Assembly: GCA_965209055.1 (NCBI GenBank)
Contig: OZ242374.1
Coordinates: 3,776,001 to 3,840,000 of the forward strand
Length of the DNA stretch: 64,000 bases
Source of the DNA: Acidobacteriota bacterium
GTDB taxonomy: Bacteria > Acidobacteriota > UBA6911 > RPQK01 > JAJDTT01
Direction: 5' to 3'
In this document: piece by piece, positions 50,301-58,492 of the stretch
How the letters are laid out: each line of letters begins with the position of its first letter
Position numbering within the stretch: the stretch's first letter is position 1
Translations under genes and position numbers: made by a program
Notes under the pieces: model-generated
What the model saw: only the letters and a program-made list of their open reading frames with translations
Database searches by the model: none
Told to the model about the DNA's origin: nothing

Positions 50301-50787
50301 CGGTCACCGCCGGCGGGGAGACGGAGCGAACCGGCTGCCAGGCCCAGTGGCTGCGTTTTCGGGCTTCCAGGTGGAATCCTTCACCCGAATCCGCCGAGGC
50401 CGTCGCGGGATCGGTCCAGGGGGCTCCCATCCTGACCCATTCGATGAGCGACTGGATCTGTGCATCCGAAAGCGCTCCGGTGGGAGGCATCAGGGCCGGC
50501 CGGCCCTGGACCCGGTGGATCAAGGGGCTCTCGTCCGGTCTGCCTGCAACGATGGCCGGTCCCGAAACGCCCCCCTTGATCAGGTCGTCGCGCCGGTCGA
50601 GCCGCAGACCGGCGAAAGGTGTCGCAGTATCGGCACTGTGGCATTCGTAGCAGTGGTTGGCCAGCAGGGGACGGATCTCTTTTTCGAAGAATTCCAGCGA
50701 GGCGGGATCAGAAGGGGAGGCGAGAGCGGCGGTCAAGCAGAGCAAGAGCGTGGAACCTGCGCCCAAGCTTGGAGAAAAACTATTCAT
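47362..50787 (-). CDS. PSD1 / planctomycete cytochrome c (DUF1549/DUF1553) protein, copy 2
   Basis: [13 protein letters not shown] and the same motifs as copy 1. Confidence 0.92.
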   Translation of the reverse strand: MNSFSPSLGAGSTLLLCLTAALASPSDPASLEFFEKEIRPLLANHCYECHSADTATPFAGLRLDRRDDLIKGGVSGPAIVAGRPDESPLIHRVQGRPALMPPTGALSDAQIQSLIEWVRMGAPWTDPATASADSGEGFHLEARKRSHWAWQPVRSVSPPAVTDSNWPLHAMDRFILARLEQESLEPAPAADRYTLIRRLSYDLRGLPPLPGEVRAFVADPSPRAYEELVDDYLDSPHFGEHWARHWMDLVRYSESHGSEGDPDTPYAWRYRDYLIRALNADIPYDQLIREHLAGDLLPSPRINPALGINESLLGTAHLRMVEHGFQPVDPLEDRIKWTDNQVDVLSKAFQGLTISCARCHDHKFDAISQEDYYAVFGVLYGARPTQRAVDDPERLDRGRSELTGLKEEIRQELAGAWIREASALSSKLLETPREAFANPTDSPCKPAAPPGSPDDPASPETTAAPVETDETKGAGTAESAAGQVFHRALAEARCEPGSPLAAWVRLAGKEGDTFRQEWAASKEEWDTRIRTGEAFNREHFQVRWDLSGPDYGEWIGHGAGLPAEPSRPGEFSVAADGKRVLNGIYPGGVYTHLVSDKHNGVIQSPRFTIDTNFISLSVLGSDYSFAQLIVENYAVPRGLIFHMRHVPKTDRMEWVQWDVAYWKGFTAYIELATRDDVTKIYFDSKKFKTQPEERTDGRSAIGASRILFHETKETPRETRPPLLYLLRGAAPRSPEDLARRTGRRLVEAIEAWRNGGASELQAAYLDAFVRADVLSRSRDLLPSLDALLTQYREIESQVPVPRRAPSVLEEAAPDHPFLVRGDQDARGAPVPRRYLTALDGVPYADPGRVRLGLARDLASPDNPLTARVMVNRIWRHLFGYGIVRTTDNFGKLGDPPTHPELLDHLANQFVEEGYSIKSMVRRLATSRTYRMSSGASADSLREDPANRLHQHANLRRLDAGEIRDAMLRVSGSLDPKAFGPSIPVYHEIGKLKSKGFVPPGPLDGAGRRSVYQEIRRNAYNPFLEAFGLPKPASTLGTRDQTNVPAQSLTLLNSPFAWHQAEAWGKHLAAGEGNTATTRIHHMFFKALGREPSPLEAARAEEYLSSLIAERKTRKHLILTDQRIWTDLAHALFNLKNFIYVQ

Positions 50788-50927
50788 GGCTGAACCCGGT
50801 TTCGACCCCGAGGGCTCTCCGTTGCTGCCGGAAAGTGTAGCGACGGTGGACGGCCCAGGGCAAGGAATCCAAGGACAACTCGTGTCTCACGATGAATCGA
50901 ATTGCTGTTGGCTGCGGTCCTGCAGGT

Positions 50928-52592
50928 CTACCAGGACTTGCGAATCCGGATGGGTGTGTCCGCGCCTGAGGGATTGAGCACAATGGTGACGCTTGTCGAT
51001 TCCTGGAGTTCGAGACGAGTTTCCAAGCTCTCCGCGTTCGGCGGACTTAAAGAGAGAATATAGGTCTGAGGTTCCAGACCGTTGACCCGGAAATGCCCGT
51101 CCGATGGGGAGACGTCTGCGAACATTGGATCGAATAGAAAGGGACGGACTTCGTGTTGGGGAGCGGTTGGAGACAACCGGAGGGAGAATTCTCTTATCGG
51201 CTCATTATCTCGGTTCATGACGCAACCAGACAACGAAAGTCCAGGATGCAAGGGTATCGTGACGAGTTGACTCGCAGGAGCAATCAAGGCGGATTCATAG
51301 GTAACGTACTCGCGATGAGCGACCAGTATCCGGTGTTTTCCCGGAGGAACGCCTGGAATCTTGAAAGTGCCGTCCGATGAGGTAAGAGCACCGAGTCCTG
51401 TACCCTGTTCGAACCTGACGAAGACCTGTGCAGCCGTCACAGACAGACCCTCATCGTTGACAACGACGCCTTGGACCGTCGATTGCCCGACCAGGATCAA
51501 GTCGATTTCATTGTTCCTGCTTGGCTCAACCGTCAGGATCTTGGCTCCAATGGCCGAAGCAAATCCATCAGCGTAAGCGGAAATCCGATATTTGCCCCGG
51601 TGCACTCTGGAAAAGAAGAATTCTCCCGTCAGGTCGGTCGACGACTCTCCAAGACTGTGGGGAAGTTGACTATTTGGCTCAAAGTCGCTGAGACCGACGG
51701 TCGCTTCGTGAATCGGATTTCCGTCCGCATCCCACACGTGACCGGATACGGAGCCCAATTCCGCATCCGGCACTCGATGCATCGTGATGACCACCTCCTC
51801 ATCCAGGGGCAAGGTCACAGGAACGCGAGCAGCAAGTTCATGCCCAGGATGCGCGGCCTCGGCGAAGAATGTCCCGGAAACAGGCGGCTTGGGCATCAGG
51901 AAACGGCCTGAGTGGTCACTCTGGACCATTGACTTCTTGGTGAACCGCCCTGGGGTCTCTTCTTGCAGCCAGACGGCCGTTCCAGCGATCCCTCGGGAGT
52001 GACGGTCCACGACTCTGCCCCGAAGTTCCACCTGGGGTGTCATCAGGATTTTTTGGTACAGGTCTCCCTCAGCAGGAGCAACGAGCAGTCGGCCGGTGTA
52101 ATAGCTCCAGTAGCTGTCTGCCTCGGCACGGAGCGTGTGCCGCCCTGCACGGTGGACGGTCATCTGAAACCTGCCGTCGTGACCGCTGACGGCTTCGGTC
52201 CGCTCGTCCCCGTTTCCAACCGGAGATACTGTGATGCGTGCGTCTTGTATTGCAGTGCCATCCTCGCTGTCTACGACGATGCCGGTGATGGTCGATTGCA
52301 ATGCGCGCCGTTTCTCCGTGCCAATAGATTGCGGAGGCCTGCCTTGGTTTGGAACGGATTCGTCTGGAACTGCCGATGTCGAACCTTCGAGCCTGACATG
52401 CCCTCGCTCTGCCTCTCTATTGCGCACTGAGCCAGAATCCCGGTCTCCATCGTCACGAGTCTCCTGCGGAGTGAGATTGACCGCATTTGAGGACTCTTCC
52501 CGTGGTCTATGCAAAATGACCCACAGGCAGAAAATCAGAACCAGGATGCTGATCCCGGTGAGGATGAACCGGGGCCGGGATGGCTTTCTCAT
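50928..52592 (-). CDS. membrane-anchored protein with repeated carboxypeptidase-regulatory-like beta-sandwich domains
   Basis: N-terminal TM helix; about five G.VVD..G..I..A.V ... G.F repeats. Confidence 0.8.
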   Translation of the reverse strand: MRKPSRPRFILTGISILVLIFCLWVILHRPREESSNAVNLTPQETRDDGDRDSGSVRNREAERGHVRLEGSTSAVPDESVPNQGRPPQSIGTEKRRALQSTITGIVVDSEDGTAIQDARITVSPVGNGDERTEAVSGHDGRFQMTVHRAGRHTLRAEADSYWSYYTGRLLVAPAEGDLYQKILMTPQVELRGRVVDRHSRGIAGTAVWLQEETPGRFTKKSMVQSDHSGRFLMPKPPVSGTFFAEAAHPGHELAARVPVTLPLDEEVVITMHRVPDAELGSVSGHVWDADGNPIHEATVGLSDFEPNSQLPHSLGESSTDLTGEFFFSRVHRGKYRISAYADGFASAIGAKILTVEPSRNNEIDLILVGQSTVQGVVVNDEGLSVTAAQVFVRFEQGTGLGALTSSDGTFKIPGVPPGKHRILVAHREYVTYESALIAPASQLVTIPLHPGLSLSGCVMNRDNEPIREFSLRLSPTAPQHEVRPFLFDPMFADVSPSDGHFRVNGLEPQTYILSLSPPNAESLETRLELQESTSVTIVLNPSGADTPIRIRKSW

Positions 52593-52644
52593 AACCCGAG
52601 AACCAGTGTTGGATTTCGTCTAGAATACCTGTTCATAGGGAGCC

Positions 52645-53817
52645 ATGGGAATCCACCGCCCCTACCTGTCGGCAACCATCGGACTCACGACCGCCATCAT
52701 GACTTTGATGACCGCATGCTCCAGTTCGGAGGCAGTCATGGTCGACTGGTCCGCGGGAGATTTCCAAACCGTTCTGGAGTCCAGCGTGCGGCAGCTTCGA
52801 TCGGACACGGGTCTCACCGGCGTCGCCGCCGCCGTGATGACCGCTGGCCGGTTCAAGGGTGTGGCCGTCGACGGCGAACGCCGTCGAGGCTCAGGAATCC
52901 CGGTGACCATAAACGACCGTTGGCACGCTGGCTCGATAGCCAAGTCGATGACGGCGACATTGATCGCGGTTCTGGAAGACGAAGGCGAAGTGTCCATCGA
53001 CAAGTCTCTGCCCGAGTTGTTGCCCGAAATCAAAATGGCCGGCGGCTGGCGTCCCTGCACGCTGAAGCACCTGTTGACCCACGCCGCCGGCGCGCCCGCC
53101 AACTTTCCGATGACGGTCTTGAAGGTGTGGCCCGGCACCGCGGAAGAACTCGTCGCCGCGAGACGCCAATTCATCGCCGAGATTCTGGCCGAGGAACCGG
53201 AATCCCCCTGCGGAGAGCGCTACTCCTATTCCAATGTCGGTTACACCATCGTCGGCCATATCGCGGAGACCATCGCCGGTAAGCCTTACGAATCCCTGAT
53301 GAGGCAGAAGGTGTTCCTCCCCCTGGAACTGAACAGCGCGGGATTCGGCCCGCCGAAGGGGGACGAGCCGAACCAGGAACCGCTCGGTCATATGAAGTTG
53401 CTGTGGTTGCGGTACGCCCTCGATCCGTTCGAATGGCCCGCCGACAATACACCCGTTATGGCGCCGGCCGGAGGGGTGCATCTGAGCATCCGGGATTTGG
53501 CGTGTTACGGCGCCATCCACCTCGAGGGAGCAAACGGGACTGCAACCTCCATCCTTCCTCAGGAGAACTGGGAACGCCTGCATACGCCTTTTCTCGAGGA
53601 CTACGCACACGGTTGGGTCCGATACCAGCGGGAATGGGCGGGAGGACCGTTGATCTGGCACAACGGCAGCAACACGCTCTGGTACGCCTTGCTGATGCTG
53701 CTGCCCGCCAGGAACACGGTTCTGGCGTTTGCGACCAACGATGGCGCGATCGAGGAAGCGGAGAAAGCATTTGTCGGATTGGCCCGGCAGTTGAGCGAGG
53801 GGACGCCGGCATCGTAA
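52645..53817 (+). CDS. serine hydrolase, beta-lactamase/S12 family (possible lipoprotein)
   Basis: GSIAKS (SxxK), LLTH.AG, YSYSN.GY, PAGG and WHNGS motifs; MTAC lipobox-like. Confidence 0.9.
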   Translation: MGIHRPYLSATIGLTTAIMTLMTACSSSEAVMVDWSAGDFQTVLESSVRQLRSDTGLTGVAAAVMTAGRFKGVAVDGERRRGSGIPVTINDRWHAGSIAKSMTATLIAVLEDEGEVSIDKSLPELLPEIKMAGGWRPCTLKHLLTHAAGAPANFPMTVLKVWPGTAEELVAARRQFIAEILAEEPESPCGERYSYSNVGYTIVGHIAETIAGKPYESLMRQKVFLPLELNSAGFGPPKGDEPNQEPLGHMKLLWLRYALDPFEWPADNTPVMAPAGGVHLSIRDLACYGAIHLEGANGTATSILPQENWERLHTPFLEDYAHGWVRYQREWAGGPLIWHNGSNTLWYALLMLLPARNTVLAFATNDGAIEEAEKAFVGLARQLSEGTPAS

Positions 53818-53851
53818 TCACGATTGGCGCGCACAGAACCTTAGCTGGGGC

Positions 53852-55504
53852 ATGATGGGATCAAATGCTGTGTCGGCGGTCCTGATTGCCGCGCTGGCGG
53901 CCACGGCATGGCTGCCCGCGGCGCCTCCTGAGGAACCGCAGGTCACGGTTGGCTGGCAGAAGCAACTGTTTCTGGACGACCGGGTCATCGACTCCACCAA
54001 ACACATCTCTCGGGTCCTCAAGGAACCGCAGCGCTGGCCGGGAAATCCGCTGATCGTCGGAGACATGCCCTGGGAGACATGGACCGTATACCTGAATGGC
54101 CGCGGCGTCCTTTACGACGATGACGAACGGCAGTTCAAGATGTGGTACCTCTCCCCGACCTTCGATGGCTCCGCTCCCAGCGGGCTGAGATACAAGGTCT
54201 GCTACGCCTTTTCCGACAACGGCGTCCAATGGACCAAACCCGATCTGGGCTTGGTGGATTGGGAGGGTTCCCGCAGTAACAACATTCTTCCCTGGGGATG
54301 GCATTGGATGCGCCGGCCCAACGTCATCCGTGATCCGCGGGATCCGGATCCTCAACACCGTTTCAAGATGCTCTACACGGATGTCATCGGCGATTGGCCG
54401 CGGACCGGCTATCGAGAGTTGGCGGGAATCACCAAGGCCACGTCCCCGGACGGAATTCACTGGCGACACAATGTGGACGGCAGGCCCTGGCGGCCGGGCG
54501 GCAACGGGACCAACGTGTTGGGCTGGGACCCGGCTGCGGGCAAATATGTCGTCTACATTCGGATGTATCCGCCCGGAGCCTCGCCTGATGAATCGCAGAT
54601 CTCCATCTTCCGTTCTACGAGTGACGACTTTCTTCGGTGGTCCAAGCCGGAGCTGGTGTTGGCTCCTGAGCGGGAAGGCCTGGACTTCAAGGGTTTTGCG
54701 GCATTGATTTACGAGCACTACTACGTCGCTTGGCTCTGGGTGTGGAAAGGCCGGGAATCGCATTTCGAGCTGGCGGCCAGCCGCGACGGGCTCGAGTGGC
54801 AACGGATCTTTCCGGGGACGGTTGCGTTCCCTCTCGGGGCACCCGGGACGTGGGACTCTGCCATGGTCTCCCTGAACACGCCCATCGTCCGTGACGGGCT
54901 GATCTGGATCTACTACGGAGCTTGGAATCATCCTTACCGGCGGGAGGCAATGGAGCGGGTGCAGCAAGATTGGATCGAAGCAGGGAATCGGATGCAGAGA
55001 GCCATCGGTTTGGCGACGCTTCGACTGGACGGTTTCGTATCCCTGTCGGCGACTGGAAGTCCTGGGAGGGTAACGACGAAGACCTTTCGCTTGCCGGGAG
55101 GGTCCTTGTTCGTGAACGCCGATGTTCGGGGTGAGCTGAGAGCCGAGTTCCTGGACTCGGAGGGACGGGTTCTTGCCGGCTATTCCGCTGAAGACTGTGT
55201 TCCGATTCGCACCGACGGGATCCGTCAGATGATCCGCTGGGACCTGTCCTTCCAACTGGATTCGTTGCAAGGCCGGGCTGTACGGCTGCGTTTCCACATG
55301 CGCGAAGCGGACCTGTATGCCTTCTGGTTCCAGCCCCACGCCGGCATGGGGAGGCGGCATTCTTGCCGCCGATTGGAACGGCTCGAATGGGCCCATTTAA
55401 ACAGACAAGAATCCATATTTAAAAATGCGAATTGTGACTGTTATAGAAATGTTTATGATATAGGCAATCGCGTCTCCTATAATAAATTGCGGAAAAATAA
55501 GTAG
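53852..55504 (+). CDS. secreted GH32/GH43-like beta-propeller protein
   Basis: Signal peptide; QLFLDD, FKMWY, S.DG..W repeats, IYYG and IGLATLRLDGFVS motifs. The last ~55 aa look like read-through into non-coding DNA. Confidence 0.78.
   Translation: MMGSNAVSAVLIAALAATAWLPAAPPEEPQVTVGWQKQLFLDDRVIDSTKHISRVLKEPQRWPGNPLIVGDMPWETWTVYLNGRGVLYDDDERQFKMWYLSPTFDGSAPSGLRYKVCYAFSDNGVQWTKPDLGLVDWEGSRSNNILPWGWHWMRRPNVIRDPRDPDPQHRFKMLYTDVIGDWPRTGYRELAGITKATSPDGIHWRHNVDGRPWRPGGNGTNVLGWDPAAGKYVVYIRMYPPGASPDESQISIFRSTSDDFLRWSKPELVLAPEREGLDFKGFAALIYEHYYVAWLWVWKGRESHFELAASRDGLEWQRIFPGTVAFPLGAPGTWDSAMVSLNTPIVRDGLIWIYYGAWNHPYRREAMERVQQDWIEAGNRMQRAIGLATLRLDGFVSLSATGSPGRVTTKTFRLPGGSLFVNADVRGELRAEFLDSEGRVLAGYSAEDCVPIRTDGIRQMIRWDLSFQLDSLQGRAVRLRFHMREADLYAFWFQPHAGMGRRHSCRRLERLEWAHLNRQESIFKNANCDCYRNVYDIGNRVSYNKLRKNK
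55455..55483 (+). promoter_or_regulatory. orphan sigma70-like promoter ATGATA-N17-TATAAT in an AT-rich patch
   Basis: Perfect -10 at 55478-55483 and 4/6 -35; no co-oriented ORF downstream. Confidence 0.4.
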
Positions 55505-55625
55505 AGAACTCGATTGATTTGTTTAGCTTAGTACCGCGAAATGAAGGGAGATTCGTATTTGACCTCCCAAGCCATGCTCTATCGTCCGGGGATCCGGGAG
55601 ACCACAAACACGCCACGTATAGCCA

Positions 55626-57983
55626 TTACTGATCGGCTTGCCGGGCCATCCGGTAGCCGACCTGGCGCTCATTGAAAATGTAGGTCGGGTTGGCCGCGTC
55701 ATCGCCCAGCTTCTGGCGGAGCTTTCTCACGAACGCGCGCAGCGTCCGGGAGTCGCTGGTGTCCCGCCGGCCCCACACCTGCCGTAACAGCGACTGATAC
55801 GTTACTGTCCGGCCTGCGTTGACCGACAGCGTTCGGAGCAACTTGTATTCTATGGCGGTCATCCGCACCGGCTGGCCTGACAGGGTCACCTGGCGGTCCT
55901 CATAGTGAATGGCCAACTCTCCCAATTGGAAGGTCTTGGGCGCCTCGCCGCGGCGGCGTAAAGCTGCCCGGACTCTCGCCAACAACTCTGTTTGAGAGAA
56001 GGGCTTGACGATGTAATCGGCAGCTCCCATCTCGAAGGCTTTGGCGATCAGCTCGTCCCTTCCGTAGCCGGAAATGAAGATAACCGGCAGACGCGCCATC
56101 TCAGGGATGCGTTTCATCAATTCAATTCCATCGGTTCCCGGGAGCATCAGATCCATCAGGACCAAGCGGGGCTGCTCCGTGGTGACGAGGTGATCCACCC
56201 GATCCGGGTCTCCCGTCATGAGTGGGGAGTAACCTTCCGTCACCAGGGCGTCCCGAACGTAGCGGAGCGTCTGCGGATCGTCGTCCACCACCAGGATTTG
56301 CGATTGTCCCAATCCCTCCGGGGCTGAGCGGGGAGAATAGAGGTCGAATCCTGCCGCGGCAGCGGTTCTGGTCTCCTTGGCCACCGGAATAGTGAAGGTA
56401 AAGCACGCGCCCAGGTCTTCCCCGCCACTCTCCGCTCGGATGCGCCCCCCGTGGGCTTCCACCAGTGCCTTGCAGATGGCCAGTCCCAGCCCGGATCCTC
56501 CGATCCCGCGTTCGCTGCCGCCGACGCGCGTGTACTTGCTAAACAGGTGCGGCAGCAGTTCCTGTGGCACGCCCTTGCCTTTATCCGTTATCGAGATCGC
56601 TACGAACAGGTCGTTCCGTTCCGCGTCGACGCGTATTGGGAAGGACTGGGGAGAGTGCTTGGCCGCGTTGGAGAAGAGGTTGTTCAAGACTTGGACGATG
56701 CGCTGCCGGTCAGCCATCACCCAAGGCAGGTCGGGAGGCAGGTCAATGTGGATGCCGTGCTTGCCGCCTCCACTCAAAAAGGTGGTCCTGGCCTGATCCA
56801 CCAAGCTGGCTACCTCTGTGGGAACGGGGTTCACCGACAACGTGCCCGTCTCGATGCGCCCGGCATCGAGCAGGTCGTTCAGCAGGTCGTTCATATGATC
56901 GGCCTGCTGCTCGATGATACGGAGGAACTGCTGAACTACGGCCGGATCCACGGCTCCGGAGGCATGTACCGCAGTGGCGGCCGATCCCTTGATGGACGTC
57001 AACGGAGCCCGCAACTCGTGCGTCACCATACCCAGGAACTCGGACCGCAAACGCTCCAGTTCCTGGATCGGCGCCAGATCCTGCAGGGTGACGACCACGG
57101 ATTCGATAATGCCGTCCCGGGATCGGATCGGGGTAACGTTCACCAACGTTGTGACACTGCGCCCGTCGGGAACCTGGAGAACCATCTCCTCGGCGCGCAC
57201 CGTCGTGGCCGTACTCAGCGTCTGCGCCAGTGGATGCTTTTCCAGAGAAACCTCTTGCCCGTCGGCGCGCCGACAGGTGACGATCTCCAGCAAGCGCTCT
57301 GGGGGATGGCCCGGTGGTAGCAGAAGTTCCACAAGCCGCTTCGTCTCCCGATTGAACAACACTGGCTTGCCGGTCCTGGCATTAAAGACCGCAACACCCA
57401 CCGGCGAGGTGTCGACCAGTGCTTCCAAGTCGGCCCGCGCCCGCTGCTCGTCCCGGTGCGTACGGGCATTGGCGATTGCCGTCGCCGCCTGGGCGCCGAA
57501 CATCACCAGCATCTCCTCGTCCTCACTCGTGAACTCCCGTCCCCCTTCCTTCTGGCTGAGAAAGAAAGTGCCCATGTGCACGCCCCGGTGACGCATCGGC
57601 GTGCATTGCAATGTGGTTGGCAGCGACCGGTCCGGCGAAAACCCGAGCGACCGGACATAGCCGGGAAGGTCACGTAATCGCAATGTTTCCGGAATGTTCT
57701 GGAAGTGTTCGAAAAGCCGCAATCCGTCAGCCCAATTCTCAATCTGTTGCTGCTCGTCGGAAGTGTAGCCGGACGTGACGTAGTCCTGAACTTGCCCCGA
57801 GTTGTCGATGGTAACAATCACACCGTAACGAGCACGGGTGAGGACGCGGGCGCTTTCCACGACCTCATGCAGAACGGTGTTGACATCGAGGCTTGAGCTA
57901 ATGCGCAGGATAGCCGAACTCAGTCTGGAGTTTCGTTCCCGAAGTACTTCGATTTGTCGTCTCAGATCGTCGGGACTGGCCAA
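55626..57983 (-). CDS. hybrid sensor-regulator GAF-PAS-HisKA-HATPase-REC-winged helix (OmpR-type), copy 1
   Basis: THELRAPL (His), NLFSNAAKH, D.GKG, GSGLGLAIC, LVVDDD, LMDLMLPG (Asp), KPF, LLRQVWG, LRQKLGDD and ERQVGYRM motifs; no TM helix. TTG start chosen by alignment with copy 2; alternative ATG 58037. Confidence 0.92.
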   Translation of the reverse strand: MASPDDLRRQIEVLRERNSRLSSAILRISSSLDVNTVLHEVVESARVLTRARYGVIVTIDNSGQVQDYVTSGYTSDEQQQIENWADGLRLFEHFQNIPETLRLRDLPGYVRSLGFSPDRSLPTTLQCTPMRHRGVHMGTFFLSQKEGGREFTSEDEEMLVMFGAQAATAIANARTHRDEQRARADLEALVDTSPVGVAVFNARTGKPVLFNRETKRLVELLLPPGHPPERLLEIVTCRRADGQEVSLEKHPLAQTLSTATTVRAEEMVLQVPDGRSVTTLVNVTPIRSRDGIIESVVVTLQDLAPIQELERLRSEFLGMVTHELRAPLTSIKGSAATAVHASGAVDPAVVQQFLRIIEQQADHMNDLLNDLLDAGRIETGTLSVNPVPTEVASLVDQARTTFLSGGGKHGIHIDLPPDLPWVMADRQRIVQVLNNLFSNAAKHSPQSFPIRVDAERNDLFVAISITDKGKGVPQELLPHLFSKYTRVGGSERGIGGSGLGLAICKALVEAHGGRIRAESGGEDLGACFTFTIPVAKETRTAAAAGFDLYSPRSAPEGLGQSQILVVDDDPQTLRYVRDALVTEGYSPLMTGDPDRVDHLVTTEQPRLVLMDLMLPGTDGIELMKRIPEMARLPVIFISGYGRDELIAKAFEMGAADYIVKPFSQTELLARVRAALRRRGEAPKTFQLGELAIHYEDRQVTLSGQPVRMTAIEYKLLRTLSVNAGRTVTYQSLLRQVWGRRDTSDSRTLRAFVRKLRQKLGDDAANPTYIFNERQVGYRMARQADQ

Positions 57984-58116
57984 TGGTTCATCCTCACCGG
58001 AAATTGGAGCGAGACTCGATTCGGTTCCGCCGAACATCGCCAAATCGAAAAACTCAGTGTCGAATGTACTGAAGTCGGCGACCCAAATTATAGGTTACCC
58101 CCGTGTAAGTTAACCG

Positions 58117-58157
58117 TAATTTCACAGAATTCACCTTAATTTTCGCGCTAATTTCAC
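58117..58157. promoter_or_regulatory. tandem (T)AATTTCAC-like direct repeats, candidate OmpR-type boxes
   Basis: TTCAC at 58121, 58130 and 58153, TTCGC at 58142, in a divergent intergenic region. Confidence 0.5.
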
Positions 58158-58230
58158 CGGGTCGTTGCGATACTTGATTCCGGTCTTGCGTTTGGTCTCT
58201 TGTGGGAGTTTTTCAGGAAGGGGCGTGTTT

Positions 58231-58443
58231 GTGCGTACGATATTCCTGATCGCTCACATCCATATCCTGTTGTCGGCAGCCACGCCGGTGGAAGCCCAAC
58301 TACCTCCCGAGATTCTCGCCGACTCTTACCTGTTGCAGGTGGAGCAGGCCGTCCTCGATGGAGACCCCAAGCGAGCCTGGGGCACGATACAAAAGGTCAT
58401 AGTCTTGCGAAGGGACCACAATCCGGAGCTGTCCGAGTTCCAT
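58231..58443 (+). pseudogene. truncated exported TPR-like protein N-terminus (AQLPPEILADSYLL...)
   Basis: Signal peptide plus helical segment QLPPEILADSYLLQVEQAVLDGD...EFH; the frame then runs into the 3' flank of kinase copy 2. Confidence 0.55.
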
Positions 58444-58492
58444 CCGGATCCTCCAGAGGGCCGGGAGACCATGAACACGGCAACGGCGGCGT

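Larger units (their letters stand above)
40641..50790. repeat. tandem duplication of a ~5 kb PSD1/cytochrome c + DUF1501 unit (units ~40641-45621 and ~45622-50790)
   Basis: Long near-identical DNA tracts; each unit starts on the + strand with GACGCCG(G/A)AATGGGGGACAAGAATGTCCCCCCTCCT, and TTCATGGCTGA spans both PSD1 start codons. Confidence 0.9.

Noticed and set aside
52645-53817. Antibiotic-resistance beta-lactamase
   Set aside because: Motifs fit the broad S12 serine hydrolase family (HNG rather than KTG); there is no specific evidence for resistance.
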